The notes below the pieces were generated by a model that worked only from the letters and a program-made list of their open reading frames with translations, did no database searches and had not been told where the DNA came from. A DNA stretch of 63,401 bases, the filler included, from Octopus bimaculoides (Eukaryota): the NCBI RefSeq assembly GCF_001194135.2. It is 6 parts of 6 records of this genome, joined end to end, with 100 filler letters (N's around TTAATTAATTAA, not from the genome) between each part and the next. Parts side by side here need not be neighbours in the genome. Positions count along the whole stretch, not along the records: positions 13,080 to 28,263 come from NC_068991.1; positions 28,364 to 39,977 come from NC_068989.1; 4 more parts are not named here. The stretch is one strand, 5' to 3'. The first letter of the stretch is position 1. Each line of letters begins with the position of its first letter. Shown here in pieces: positions 23,751 to 34,749 of the stretch. Both the position numbers and the translations under genes were made by a program.

Positions 23751-24574
23751 TTAAAGAGCCAGGGTCGATTATGATTATGAGATGACGATTAAGACTATCA
23801 CCATAAGAACCATAAAGATCCATTATATCACCATCATCATCATCAACATCATCATCACCACCACCACCACCACCACCACCACCACCGCGATCATCATTAT
23901 CATTATCATCATCATCGTCACCACCATCATTAGTCACAGCAGAACAAAGCGATTGACTTAGCCTGCGATTTGATTGGAGAAACATGGATAACTTTGGAAA
24001 ACTTGAGTTTCTGTGTCTGTAGGTGTGTGTGTGTGTGTGTGTGTGTGTGATTTTATGTGTGTGTGTGATTTTATGTGTGTGTGTGTAAGTGTGCTTGTGT
24101 GCATACGTATAATTATGCTTTTGCACACACATTTACATACATGCATACATATGTTAGTTTATAAGTATGTCTGCGTATGTATGTATATATGTTTGTATGT
24201 ATGTATGTATGTATGTATGTTTGTATGTATGTACACAAATATTGTCACAAAATATATACCAGTGCATGACGGGTAACAGAAATATATTTATGTAGTTATA
24301 TATATATATAACACATACACGCATACCCACAAATATATAGATATGTACATACACGCACATACGTACACATACATATATTCATACATATGTACATACCTAC
24401 ATACAAATATATATGCATATATATCGACATATACACATACATATATACACACACACATACATGTATATATGTATGTTTGTTTATATGTATGTATACCTAC
24501 TTACATGTACAAATAGATACATATATCTACATACATGCATAAATACATAAACACATACATACATATATAGTTAC

Positions 24575-24650
<76 letters not shown>

Positions 24651-24731
24651 NNNNNNNNNNAGATATATATATATATATATATATACATAGATACATACAT
24701 ACATATATATACATATATACATACCTACACA

Positions 24732-24775
<44 letters not shown>

Positions 24776-26081
24776 CATACATACATAAATGCTTACATAC
24801 ATACCTAGTTAAATCCATCCATACATACAAACATACATACACATACATATATATATATATATATATACACCTACCAACGTACCTACCTACCTACATACAT
24901 ACGTACATACACACACATACATATATATATACATACCTACATATATACATACACATACACACTCAAACATACACGCATACACACATACATGCATACATAC
25001 ACATGCATACATACACATGCATATATACATGCAAATACACACACACGCACGCACATTCACTAAAGACTTGAATATTCGAGAAGCGTTGATAGATTTTTCC
25101 TCATTATTTCGTATTTTCTCGATTATTTCATTATTTTTTGTTGTTGTTTTGTCTGATGTTTTGTCTTTTTTTTTTACCTTGTCTTATGTATTCATCTTTT
25201 TTATACCTCATTTCTTTCTTTTTTCTTTCGTTCTTTTCTTCTTTTTTTTTTTTTGTTTTGCTTTTTAGTGAAAAATAATTACCAAAGTTTAAGATTGGAA
25301 ACGGAATTGTGAAACAAAATAAAATTAAATTGGCGTCACAAGCAAGAATTATGGAGACGGCAAGAAAATCTTTTTTCTTTTTTTTTATTTTCACATTCTC
25401 TCTGAGATGCGCGCACGATGGTGTTCGCAAATTCATTTACGTTGCAATACCTTAGGCAAGATATTTAACGCTACACAAACCTCCAAGCTGAGCTGGAGCC
25501 AGTGTTATTAACATTAGCGTACTTTTGTGCAGATTACATTAAAGATTCGGCAACGATAGGTGAATGACTGAAAGAAGAAGAGAAAGAGATAGAAAGAAGG
25601 AGAGAAGAAGAAGAAGGAGGAGGAAAAGAGAGAAAGAGAGTGGAGGAAATAAGTGAGGTTGCTTTGGCGCCTTGGCAATGCTAAGTTATCAGCAAAACTG
25701 GCTTACCCAAGCCAGTTCTGTGATGGTACGATGTTGGATCTTGCTTGGCAATCTTCAGAAACGCGGAGAGCTGATGAGGTCTGCGACAGACTTTCTTTGT
25801 AATCTGAGAAAAGTGTGTGAGTAATCTTGTGTGCGTGTGTGCGTGTGTGTGTGAATGAGAGAGAGGAAGAGGAGGAAGACATCTTGACGGTGATGGTGGT
25901 TGTGGTACTGGTGGTTGTGGTACTGGTGGTGGTGGTGGTGGTGGACGAGATGTTAAATGGCTCAAAAGAAAATGAAATCGGTTTGCAATTAAAATGCAAT
26001 TAGCCATCATACGCACGCACATGCACACACACACATGCACACACACAGCACACACGCATACACACATGCATTATATATACG

Positions 26082-26129
<48 letters not shown>

Positions 26130-26148
26130 NNNNNNNNNNATATATATA

Positions 26149-26181
<33 letters not shown>

Positions 26182-26250
26182 AAAATTTTCATAACTGTAC
26201 AAGTGCTTCCTGTGAAAATGATTGTTTCTCTCTCTCTCCCTCTCTTTCTC

Positions 26251-26283
<33 letters not shown>

Positions 26284-26376
26284 CACACATACATACCTGT
26301 ATATACATACATACATACATACATACATTCATATATATATATCTGTGCCCATGTATATACATGTGTGTGTGTGTGG

Positions 26377-26458
<82 letters not shown>

Positions 26459-27189
26459 GTGTGTGTATATATATATATAGCCACACACATACACATGTAT
26501 ATACACATAGACAGAAATTATAGCCATAATATCGGAACCACCCCATTGTTTAATTCTACCCGTTGTTCTTTTCTTACCCACTTCTGGCATATATAGTCTC
26601 TAAAATTATTTAAGTTAAAATATTTGTCGTCAATTTATCATTCGTTCATTACTGTATTTACACGGAAGAGTTTATTAATCTTCATCTTCTGTTCTTTGTA
26701 TGCATCTGAGTTGCCATTTTTGAGTTTTGTTTGATGTTGCAGGACATGGACGATCCTTTCCTACATTCACCTTCAAAGTTTCCATTAAATAATTTATCTT
26801 TCGAAATACATAGTTTATTTAGGTTAACTAAAACTTAATTTAAAGAACGGTTTAATTAATATCTGCATTCTTTCAGAAATCAAAATGATCTTTCGACTCG
26901 TTTTCATCAAAATACACGTAGGTTTTGAAAAATAGCAATGTTATGAACTGTAAAATTGTGTGGAAAAATATAGCAACATCTGTAAGCTATGCCTCTCAGA
27001 GACATTTAATATGCTGTTCAGTAATGAACTTATATTTTTCTGTCGTCACAAATCCAAAGATTTGTTAAAACATCTATTTATATATAATACAAATAAAATG
27101 TAGTTTATTTCAAATATGTTTCGTGCTAGGTATTTTGCCCTGCGTGCTAACGATGTTTGCAAGCTCGCCGCCTTTAATAACAATCCTTT

Positions 27190-27330
27190 CTATTCTAAAT
27201 ACAAAACGTAAAATTTTGAGGACGAAAGACAAAGTCGACCTTGGTGGAATTTAAACTCAGAACATAAAAATGGACGAAATACCGCTAAGCATTTTGTCGG
27301 GCGTGCTCTCAATTCAGCCATTTTGTCGCC
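27190..27330 (-). mobile_element. SINE family C
   Basis: gaaagacaaagtcgaccttggtggaatttaaactcagaacata...gacgaaataccgctaagcattttg matches 3226-3358. Confidence 0.8.
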
Positions 27331-27629
27331 TACTAAATATCTACATAATACAAACCAAAAAACTATGTTATGTATGTTGCCCACTATGTCATGTATTATC
27401 TACGTTGGCCATTCTCCTATGTTGTCTTACAGTTCCTGTTTTGACTATAAACAAGGTGTCTTAACACCGAATTTCGTACGCTGACCTTTTCAATTTAATA
27501 GATCAATTGAAGCAGTGACCTCAATAGAGGGGCTTCGTCATCGTAACTAGACCAAATGTTAGGGGGTCACACTGTAACATTTTCATCAACACCAGCATGC
27601 TACCACTATGAACAACATAAAAAAGGAAC

Positions 27630-27810
27630 CTCTCTATGTGGTTCTTTAATGTGCTAGAAATGACAGCTAGATATTCCTGTTGTATTAGAAAAGCACACTC
27701 TAGATGTGTTCTTGACTTCCGTAGGATGGTCACGGTTGGAACGCTTTTAGTTATAGATTTGCTCATCTAGGACTGCCTTGGTGGATTCAAGCAACAACGG
27801 CAACATGTCA
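27630..27810 (+). mobile_element. SINE family E remnant
   Basis: aatgtgctagaaatgacagc...ggatggtcacggttggaacgc...atagatttgctc...aagcaacaac. Confidence 0.6.
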
Positions 27811-28307
27811 CCACCAGCATCCAGGCTGCTCCAGAAATTAGCATGTTCCATGATCCAGCGCTTTTTCCAACTTATTTCAAACAAAGGCTCATATATCCTT
27901 TACTAACCAGTTCACCAATCATTTTTAAACGTTGTTTGCTTATTTCTATTTCTTCCATATTTATGACTGTATGTGCTCATTACAGTCTGTACATCAAACA
28001 ATTAAACTGGTATTTTCTTGTTTACATCAGCTTTAAGTACACCTCGCTAATAATTTGAAACAGTGAAAGTTTACGTAAATTTGGTAAATGGCCAGAGTTT
28101 CTGTGTTGTTTTACAGAACCTCACGTTTTATACACACCACACGCATATAACTGATGCCATCATTATGTGAAATTTTCAGTGAATTCCAATAAGTAGTTTT
28201 GAAATGAAATTTTAAAATGTTACGTCGTTAATAATTTGAAACGCAGTATATATATATATATATNNNNNNNNNNNNNNNNNNNNNNNNNNNNNNNNNNNNN
28301 NNNNNNN

Positions 28308-28319
28308 TTAATTAATTAA
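28308..28319. other. Artificial assembly join spacer
   Basis: 44N-TTAATTAATTAA-44N. Confidence 0.95.
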
Positions 28320-28499
28320 NNNNNNNNNNNNNNNNNNNNNNNNNNNNNNNNNNNNNNNNNNNNCATATAATTATATATAATAAATGGCTGTGTGGTAAGA
28401 AGTTTGCTTCATAATTATACATACATATTTGTGTGTGTCTTCAAGCTGGTACCCCAGCATGGCCATAGTCTAATGACTGAAATAAGTAAAATATAAAAG

Positions 28500-28541
<42 letters not shown>

Positions 28542-28555
28542 AGATTCGAATTCTT

Positions 28556-28609
28556 ACCAGCCTGATGAGAAAGGCCCATTAGAGGCTTCGAAAGTTGAAG
28601 TAGCATGGT
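28556..28609 (+). ncRNA. Minimal type-I hammerhead ribozyme motif (one stem-III mismatch)
   Basis: accagc-CTGATGA-gaaaggcc cattaga ggcttc-GAAA-gttgaag-TA-gcatggt. Stem I accagc pairs with gc(a)tggt, stem II is GAA..GCC/GGC.TTC, and the NUH triplet is GUA. Confidence 0.65.
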
Positions 28610-28796
28610 TTCTGAATCAAATTGTTTTGAGTAATGTGTGTGTGTGTTTGTGAATGTATGTATGTATGTATAGATAGATAGATAGATTGACAAACAGACA
28701 GACAGATAGATAGATAGATATTATATATATATATATGACAAGCAAACTAGCTTAAACATTACTTCTCTTTATATATATGTTTTTATATTAATTATA

Positions 28797-29655
28797 TAAG
28801 GGTAAGACCACAAACCAAATTTCTACTAGAAGTCCTGCTATCAGACTAATTAGTCCATCTGACTTGGGTAGGCTTAGCAAAATAATTTTAGTTAAATTAA
28901 TGTTGCAAATCAGAAAGTTAATCAAATTGGATCTTTGGCAAAATACAAAGTTCTAGATTGGTTTTCAAATATGAAATATAAGGATAATACTAGATTTATA
29001 CAATTGCCACAGTTGTACTACTGAGGACCTGAGAATCCACAAATTAAGGGGTAGCATCATGTTAATTTTCCCAGGAGTTACAGTATGGTACAATTTATCA
29101 GCAAAAGGGTTAACTGGACTATTCCTTTTTAACAATATTGCGATTGGTTATATTTACTTGAACTTGCTGTGATAATTTATCATGCTAAGCATTCAAGAGG
29201 ATTTTGAAGATGTGTAGTTTATATCTAGTACAATGAGACACCCCCACACCACAATAGTAATGTACGAGCCCACCTTGATGGTACATTGGAGAAAGAGGTT
29301 CAGTAGAATACTCTCTGTATTCACTAGATCTCACACCACTAGACATTTTTTATGGGGAAACTTAAAAGATAATCTACAGTACAAAACTTGCAGTAGTTGA
29401 GGAAATGAGAGCAGCTATTGAACAAGAATTCACACATATACTGAATGAAATGTTTCTTGATGTTTGCAATTCCATTGCTTTGCATTATCAGTAGCACCTG
29501 GACTAGAGCAACCATCAGTTTAAAAACAGGCATTCATAAAGAAATTTCTGTCGGTAGAATCTATTAAATTTGGAAAATTAAATGTATTTTAATAAACATT
29601 AACTTTATAATAATTCAATGTGTGTATACATTTTTTTTTAACTATCCATGTATAT
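28797..29655 (+). mobile_element. Decayed Tc1/mariner-superfamily transposon (DUF4817-associated type)
   Basis: About 29015-29545 reads, with frameshifts, ENPQ...HHVNFPGVTVW..LSAKGLTG...PPHH.SNVRAHLDGT...RGSVEY...DLTPLDIFLWG.LKD...VEEMRAAIEQEFTHI.NEMFLDVCNSIALHYQ..LD...HQF.NRHS. Confidence 0.75.
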
Positions 29656-29714
29656 GCATATATGTAAGCATATACATATTTATGTATGTTTATACACACA
29701 TATATACACGTGAG

Positions 29715-29758
<44 letters not shown>

Positions 29759-29768
29759 NNNNNNNNNN

Positions 29769-29799
<31 letters not shown>

Positions 29800-29800
<1 letters not shown>

Positions 29801-30010
29801 CTTTTAGCTGTTACTTGTATCAGCCAATAGACTGTGGCAATGGTAGGGCACAGCCTTGAAGAGTTTAATTGAACAAATCAACCCCAGTACTTACATTTTT
29901 AAGTCTGCTACTTATTCTATTGGTTTCTTTTGCCAAAACCACTAATTTACAGGGACATAGACAAACCAACATCAGTTGTCAAACAGTGAGCTGAAGATAT
30001 ACATAAAGAC
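29800..30010 (-). mobile_element. SINE family A-related 3' fragment
   Basis: gttacttgtatcagccaatagactgtggc...aatcaaccccagtactt...ctacttattctattggtttcttttgccaaa.cc.ctaatttacagggac. Confidence 0.75.
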
Positions 30011-30354
30011 AAAAACATACGTATATATATATGTAAATACATACATAATGATGCTGTCTACTTGTTAGATGAGCATGACCATCACTGACAACTGTCAGCA
30101 ATGCCTGTGCAGGGTTTTAAGTCGAGTGCAGCTTGCACGACATCGCAGAGACTCACTAATAATACCAAGAAGCGCAGAGACAAGCAAAGTGCAAGATATC
30201 TGGCTCTGTACAGCAGCAGGTTTTACAAACCAGTTAACCTTCTGCTAGAGGGATTCTTTAGTCACTCGCTTCCAGTGGGCTTACTGCACCCTCAGACACT
30301 AATTAATATATTTCTACATCCCAACGCAATACACACACACATATATATGCATAC

Positions 30355-30416
30355 AACAGGCTTCTACACAGTTTCCGTCTACCGAATTTACTCACACGGC
30401 TTTGTTGAACTGAAGG

Positions 30417-30456
<40 letters not shown>

Positions 30457-30610
30457 CAAGCGTCTTTCAGTTTTTGTCTACCAAATCAACTCACAAGGCT
30501 TCGGTTGGCCCGAGGCTATAGTAGAAGACACTCGCTCAAGGTGCCATGCAGAGGGACCGAACCCAAAACCATATGGTTACAAAGAGTGTTTCTTAACCAC
30601 AGAGCCATGC
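30355..30610 (-). mobile_element. SINE family A head fragments (two pieces split by (TA)n)
   Basis: ttccgtctacc.aatt.actcaca.ggctttg occurs twice. The second continues ggcccgaggctatagtagaagacact.gctcaaggtgccatgcag...aaccacagagcc. Confidence 0.85.
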
Positions 30611-30689
30611 CTATATTCATTTACTGCAGCCATCATTTGTAAATTGACAGTGGCAAGGAAAATGTTCTCTTCCTAGACACAACCTATTA

Positions 30690-31450
30690 AAATGTCTGGA
30701 AAGTGGTTGATTTAGAAAAAGCAATCAGGGAAAATTTGGGAATAAAGAACAATGTGAACAAGAAAGAAGTGAGAATAATGGTTGGAGCTGATGTGATAAG
30801 GGAAAAATAGAGCGTGTGATGAAACAAGAGATGGGGGTGTCAAGTGAAGTTCGTACGCAAATAACCAGTTCAGAGGAGCAGAGACCACTGTTGTAGTAGT
30901 AACTTAGGCACAGAGAGAAGAGATAGTGTGTCTGTTAGTCTCACTCACTCAGTTGGATATTCTTTGGGATATGGTCTAAAATATCAGTGTGTATAGTAGC
31001 GACGTCATTCCATATGTGGAAGCAGTACACAACTGTGAGTTTCATGTGAACTTTGGTAAGTAACTGATAAGAATAGAATTTTTTACAGACCTTGAGGAGG
31101 AAGATTGCAGTTTTTTGCTGTAATGTAACCAGGATAGATCATCAGAGATGACTTTTCATTTTGAGGATTTTAGCTGTATGTTCCCCAAGACTAACAACTA
31201 GATAGGGTAAGGCATGAGATCGTTGTTTATATAAGTAAGGATCCAACATATAAAGCCTAAGATTGCATACCGGGTGTGTAAGGAGCTTTTCGAAAGTTCG
31301 CACGTCGAGGCAAGACTGCTTCCGAGTCGTTGTGGATGGAGACCTCTCAAAATTGAAAGGAAAGTGCAAGGTTTTTGTTTACCTTTTTAAGGACACGCCT
31401 GGAAGATAGTTATGGGCCCTTCTTTAGCACTCTGGACCCAGACCGAAGTA
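30690..31450 (-). pseudogene. CR1/L2-group LINE, decayed 3' RT region
   Basis: Minus strand reads, with frameshifts, HITAKTAIFLLKVCKKFYSYQLL..KVHMKLTVVYCFHIWNDVATIHTDILDHI...LTDTLSLL...YYNSGLCSSELVICVRTSLDTP. This fits the Y.SHIW...LDR.Q thumb region. Confidence 0.6.
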
Positions 31451-34400
31451 CCAGCAGAGTCAACCACTACATATAGGCCATGTGTGTGTGCGTGTGTGTG
31501 TTATCAGTTTAAGACAGAAACGTGTAACGTGCTACTAATTGTATACGAACACCTGGCGACTATTATCGATTACATGACAGAGCACCTCCAAAACTCTCTA
31601 TCACAAATTCTGCACTTAAATCTTATTTTAGGTTATTTAAAGTTATTTTAACGAGTTGTCTGGAAGGAATTGTTACAAAAACACATACTTACAATGACTA
31701 GACGGTTGAGTTCGTACACGGACTACACATAATTGATTGAGGAAGTTACTAAGCTGAAGTATTTTATATACTTATGTGTTGTATATTGTCCTTCAGCTTT
31801 GTTTATAATGAATTGGTAGACTGTATAAATGTAACAATTTACACATTATTACTTACTTGCGATGTTTAATATCCGGTTATTATTATTATTTTTTGATAAA
31901 CCTATGCTTACTTTCAGTCTAAAACTCTGGTCACAATCAAAACAAATCGTGCGATTCGTAAGCACAACTTTATCTCGTTTTATAACTAAATTTAATAGGA
32001 GCTTCGCAGGAAGATCACTGACGATATATAAACTGATAACGCAAACAAAGAATAATTTACAACAAATCAGCCAGTGAACTTGGGGCATTCTTTCAATGAT
32101 CATTAAAATATGACTACCACTCCCACTCCAGAATGAATACAAACCACTCATATGGATACATTGACCAGACAAGTACTCTTACTCACACTTTCAGTTTCCG
32201 TGAAAGGTAGAGGTATATTAGAGTTTCCAACTCCCTGTTCAAGTTTTTTAATCAGTTTTCGGAACATGTTCTCGGTAAATTTCCTTCAACATACGTATGA
32301 ATTTCTTTCATGGGTACCATAGAATAACCTGGTGCTCCATATTGACACGTTGTAACAGACATGCGCTGCACACCGGAAGTAATAACTCTAGCGTTCAGCT
32401 ATCATGGCCACCTGATCATCGGAGCAGACGATCCTTTATTTACATCCGCTTTCTCACCACTTGCCGTATAACTATCATACATAAACAGAATTTTTGTGTC
32501 GGTGTACATAATGCCTTGCAATTCTATGTTCACATTCCATTGGGATCATCTAGATTTTTATATTTACGAGTTTACTGCAATAAATAGAGTGATTTAATCA
32601 CCAATATCATCCCCGACCTTCCTATTGCGGGTGAAATGTGATGGTGGTAGTGGTGGAGGGGTCAGCTTGCATCAGAAATCATTACTTTTTAATCTCACCA
32701 TTCACAAGAATTACGAAGGGAGTCTACTCCGGTTGTTCAATTCGATTTTGCTTAAGCGGAAGTACTGTAAAGTTTTACAAATTCTACTGCAATACTCTGT
32801 TGTCAAAAAGGTAAAAAGAAATTGCAGAATTTCTATTTATTTTCTTTGTTAGTTTAACTCATAAATTAGTTAAATATTGCTTGTATTTTTAATTTAACGT
32901 TTGAATTTTCTATTTTGTGAAACATTCAGTTGTTAATGAACATTTACATGATAATTAAAACTTTATTACCTCGCCTCTTCAATTACATATCACTAAAAAT
33001 AGCACGATCTGCTTAACAGGAATTAAATATTGGCATTTTTTCGGTTCGTGATTACAAAATGAAAGTAATNNNNNNNNNNNNNNNNNNNNNNNNNNNNNNN
33101 NNNNNNNNNNNNNNNNNNNNNNNNNNNNNNNNNNNNNNNNNNNNNNNNNNNNNNNNNNNNNNNNNNNNNNNNNNNNNNNNNNNNNNNNNNNNNNNNNNNN
33201 NNNNNNNNNNNNNNNNNNNNNNNNNNNNNNNNNNNNNNNNNNNNNNNNNNNNNNNNNNNNNNNNNNNNNNNNNNNNNNNNNNNNNNNNNNNNNNNNNNNN
33301 NNNNNNNNNNNNNNNNNNNNNNNNNNNNNNNNNNNNNNNNNNNNNNNNNNNNNNNNNNNNNNNNNNNNNNNNNNNNNNNNNNNNNNNNNNNNNNNNNNNN
33401 NNNNNNNNNNNNNNNNNNNNNNNNNNNNNNNNNNNNNNNNNNNNNNNNNNNNNNNNNNNNNNNNNNNNNNNNNNNNNNNNNNNNNNNNNNNNNNNNNNNN
33501 NNNNNNNNNNNNNNNNNNNNNNNNNNNNNNNNNNNNNNNNNNNNNNNNNNNNNNNNNNNNNNNNNNNNNNNNNNNNNNNNNNNNNNNNNNNNNNNNNNNN
33601 NNNNNNNNNNNNNNNNNNNNNNNNNNNNNNNNNNNNNNNNNNNNNNNNNNNNNNNNNNNNNNNNNNNNNNNNNNNNNNNNNNNNNNNNNNNNNNNNNNNN
33701 NNNNNNNNNNNNNNNNNNNNNNNNNNNNNNNNNNNNNNNNNNNNNNNNNNNNNNNNNNNNNNNNNNNNNNNNNNNNNNNNNNNNNNNNNNNNNNNNNNNN
33801 NNNNNNNNNNNNATTGAAAAAAAAATCAAAAAAATTTTTAAAAAAACTTTAATTTTACGTGAATTATTTTGTCATATTACTGCGGGAAATTACTCTGAAA
33901 GAAATCTTTGCAGAAATCTGAGTAGATTGATTACATATTTCTTTCATTATGTTATCGCAGTTTTGTGAGATTTGGCTGTTATTTTTAGCATGTGTATAGC
34001 CTACTTGAAGGCCAAATCCGGAGAAATGACATTTTGAAAATGAGATTTTTGAAAAAGTTTTTTTCAGAATCGGATCCTCCATAACCAAAATCGTGGGATT
34101 CCGTAAAAAAAAAAGTCAATATATATCCATTTTCCCGAAAGTTATGATGGAAAAATCAGATCTTGTGAATTTTCCGAAAGTCCTCTCCCTACCCCCCAGG
34201 TTCGTTTGCACAAATTTTTTTGTCATATTCGTTTTCTTCACTGTTGTTAACACTCAGCAGGCTCATTGTTTTGTTTTTGTTTTTGTTAATGGGTGAAGAT
34301 CTACGAAGTTATTTGTTGAGATGAGAATAAGTATGATTATCATGCGTGTGTCCGAAGTACTGTCAAAATATTGCGTTTTAGTTTTTATGTCCAAAATAAA

Positions 34401-34489
34401 AATTCTAGTGTTAGAAATGAAATGAAGATAAAAGTAAAGTACAAATGAAGAACTGAAATGGTAACGACAGAGTGATGTTTCTGTCATCA

Positions 34490-34690
34490 TCATTTGACAT
34501 TCACATTACTATGCTTAAATGATTTGGATGGTTTTTGTTGAGACAGATGCTCTTCTTGTTACCACCATTCACCTGTTTCCAAGCAAAATAGCATTTTCCA
34601 TGGCCAGACATGTTTTTCAACAGAAAACTGGTAACGGCATTGCTTGTATGGTGGTGATGCTTGTTTACAACCATCACATAGGACAAGGGT
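34490..34690 (-). mobile_element. Dispersed repeat ending in an RTE-like (GAT)n tail
   Basis: catcatcatttgacat...gatgctcttc.tgttaccacca.tcacctgtttccaagcaa resembles the RTE 3' end at 34750-34900. Confidence 0.45.
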
Positions 34691-34749
34691 ACACATGGAC
34701 ACACACATTTGTATGTATGTGTGTATACATGTATATATATATTTCATTA

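Noticed and set aside
25771-25800. CTGATGA followed by a GTCTG-cga-CAGAC hairpin
   Set aside because: No GAAA follows the stem, so it is not a hammerhead. The box C/D spacing and terminal stem are also unconvincing for a snoRNA.
26740-26825. Possible exon (ttgcag|GACATGGACGATCC...)
   Set aside because: Weak donor, unrecognised peptide, and within chance expectation.
30101-30676. 191-aa ORF
   Set aside because: Most of it runs through SINE fragments and (TA)n, and the unique 5' part matches nothing I recognise.
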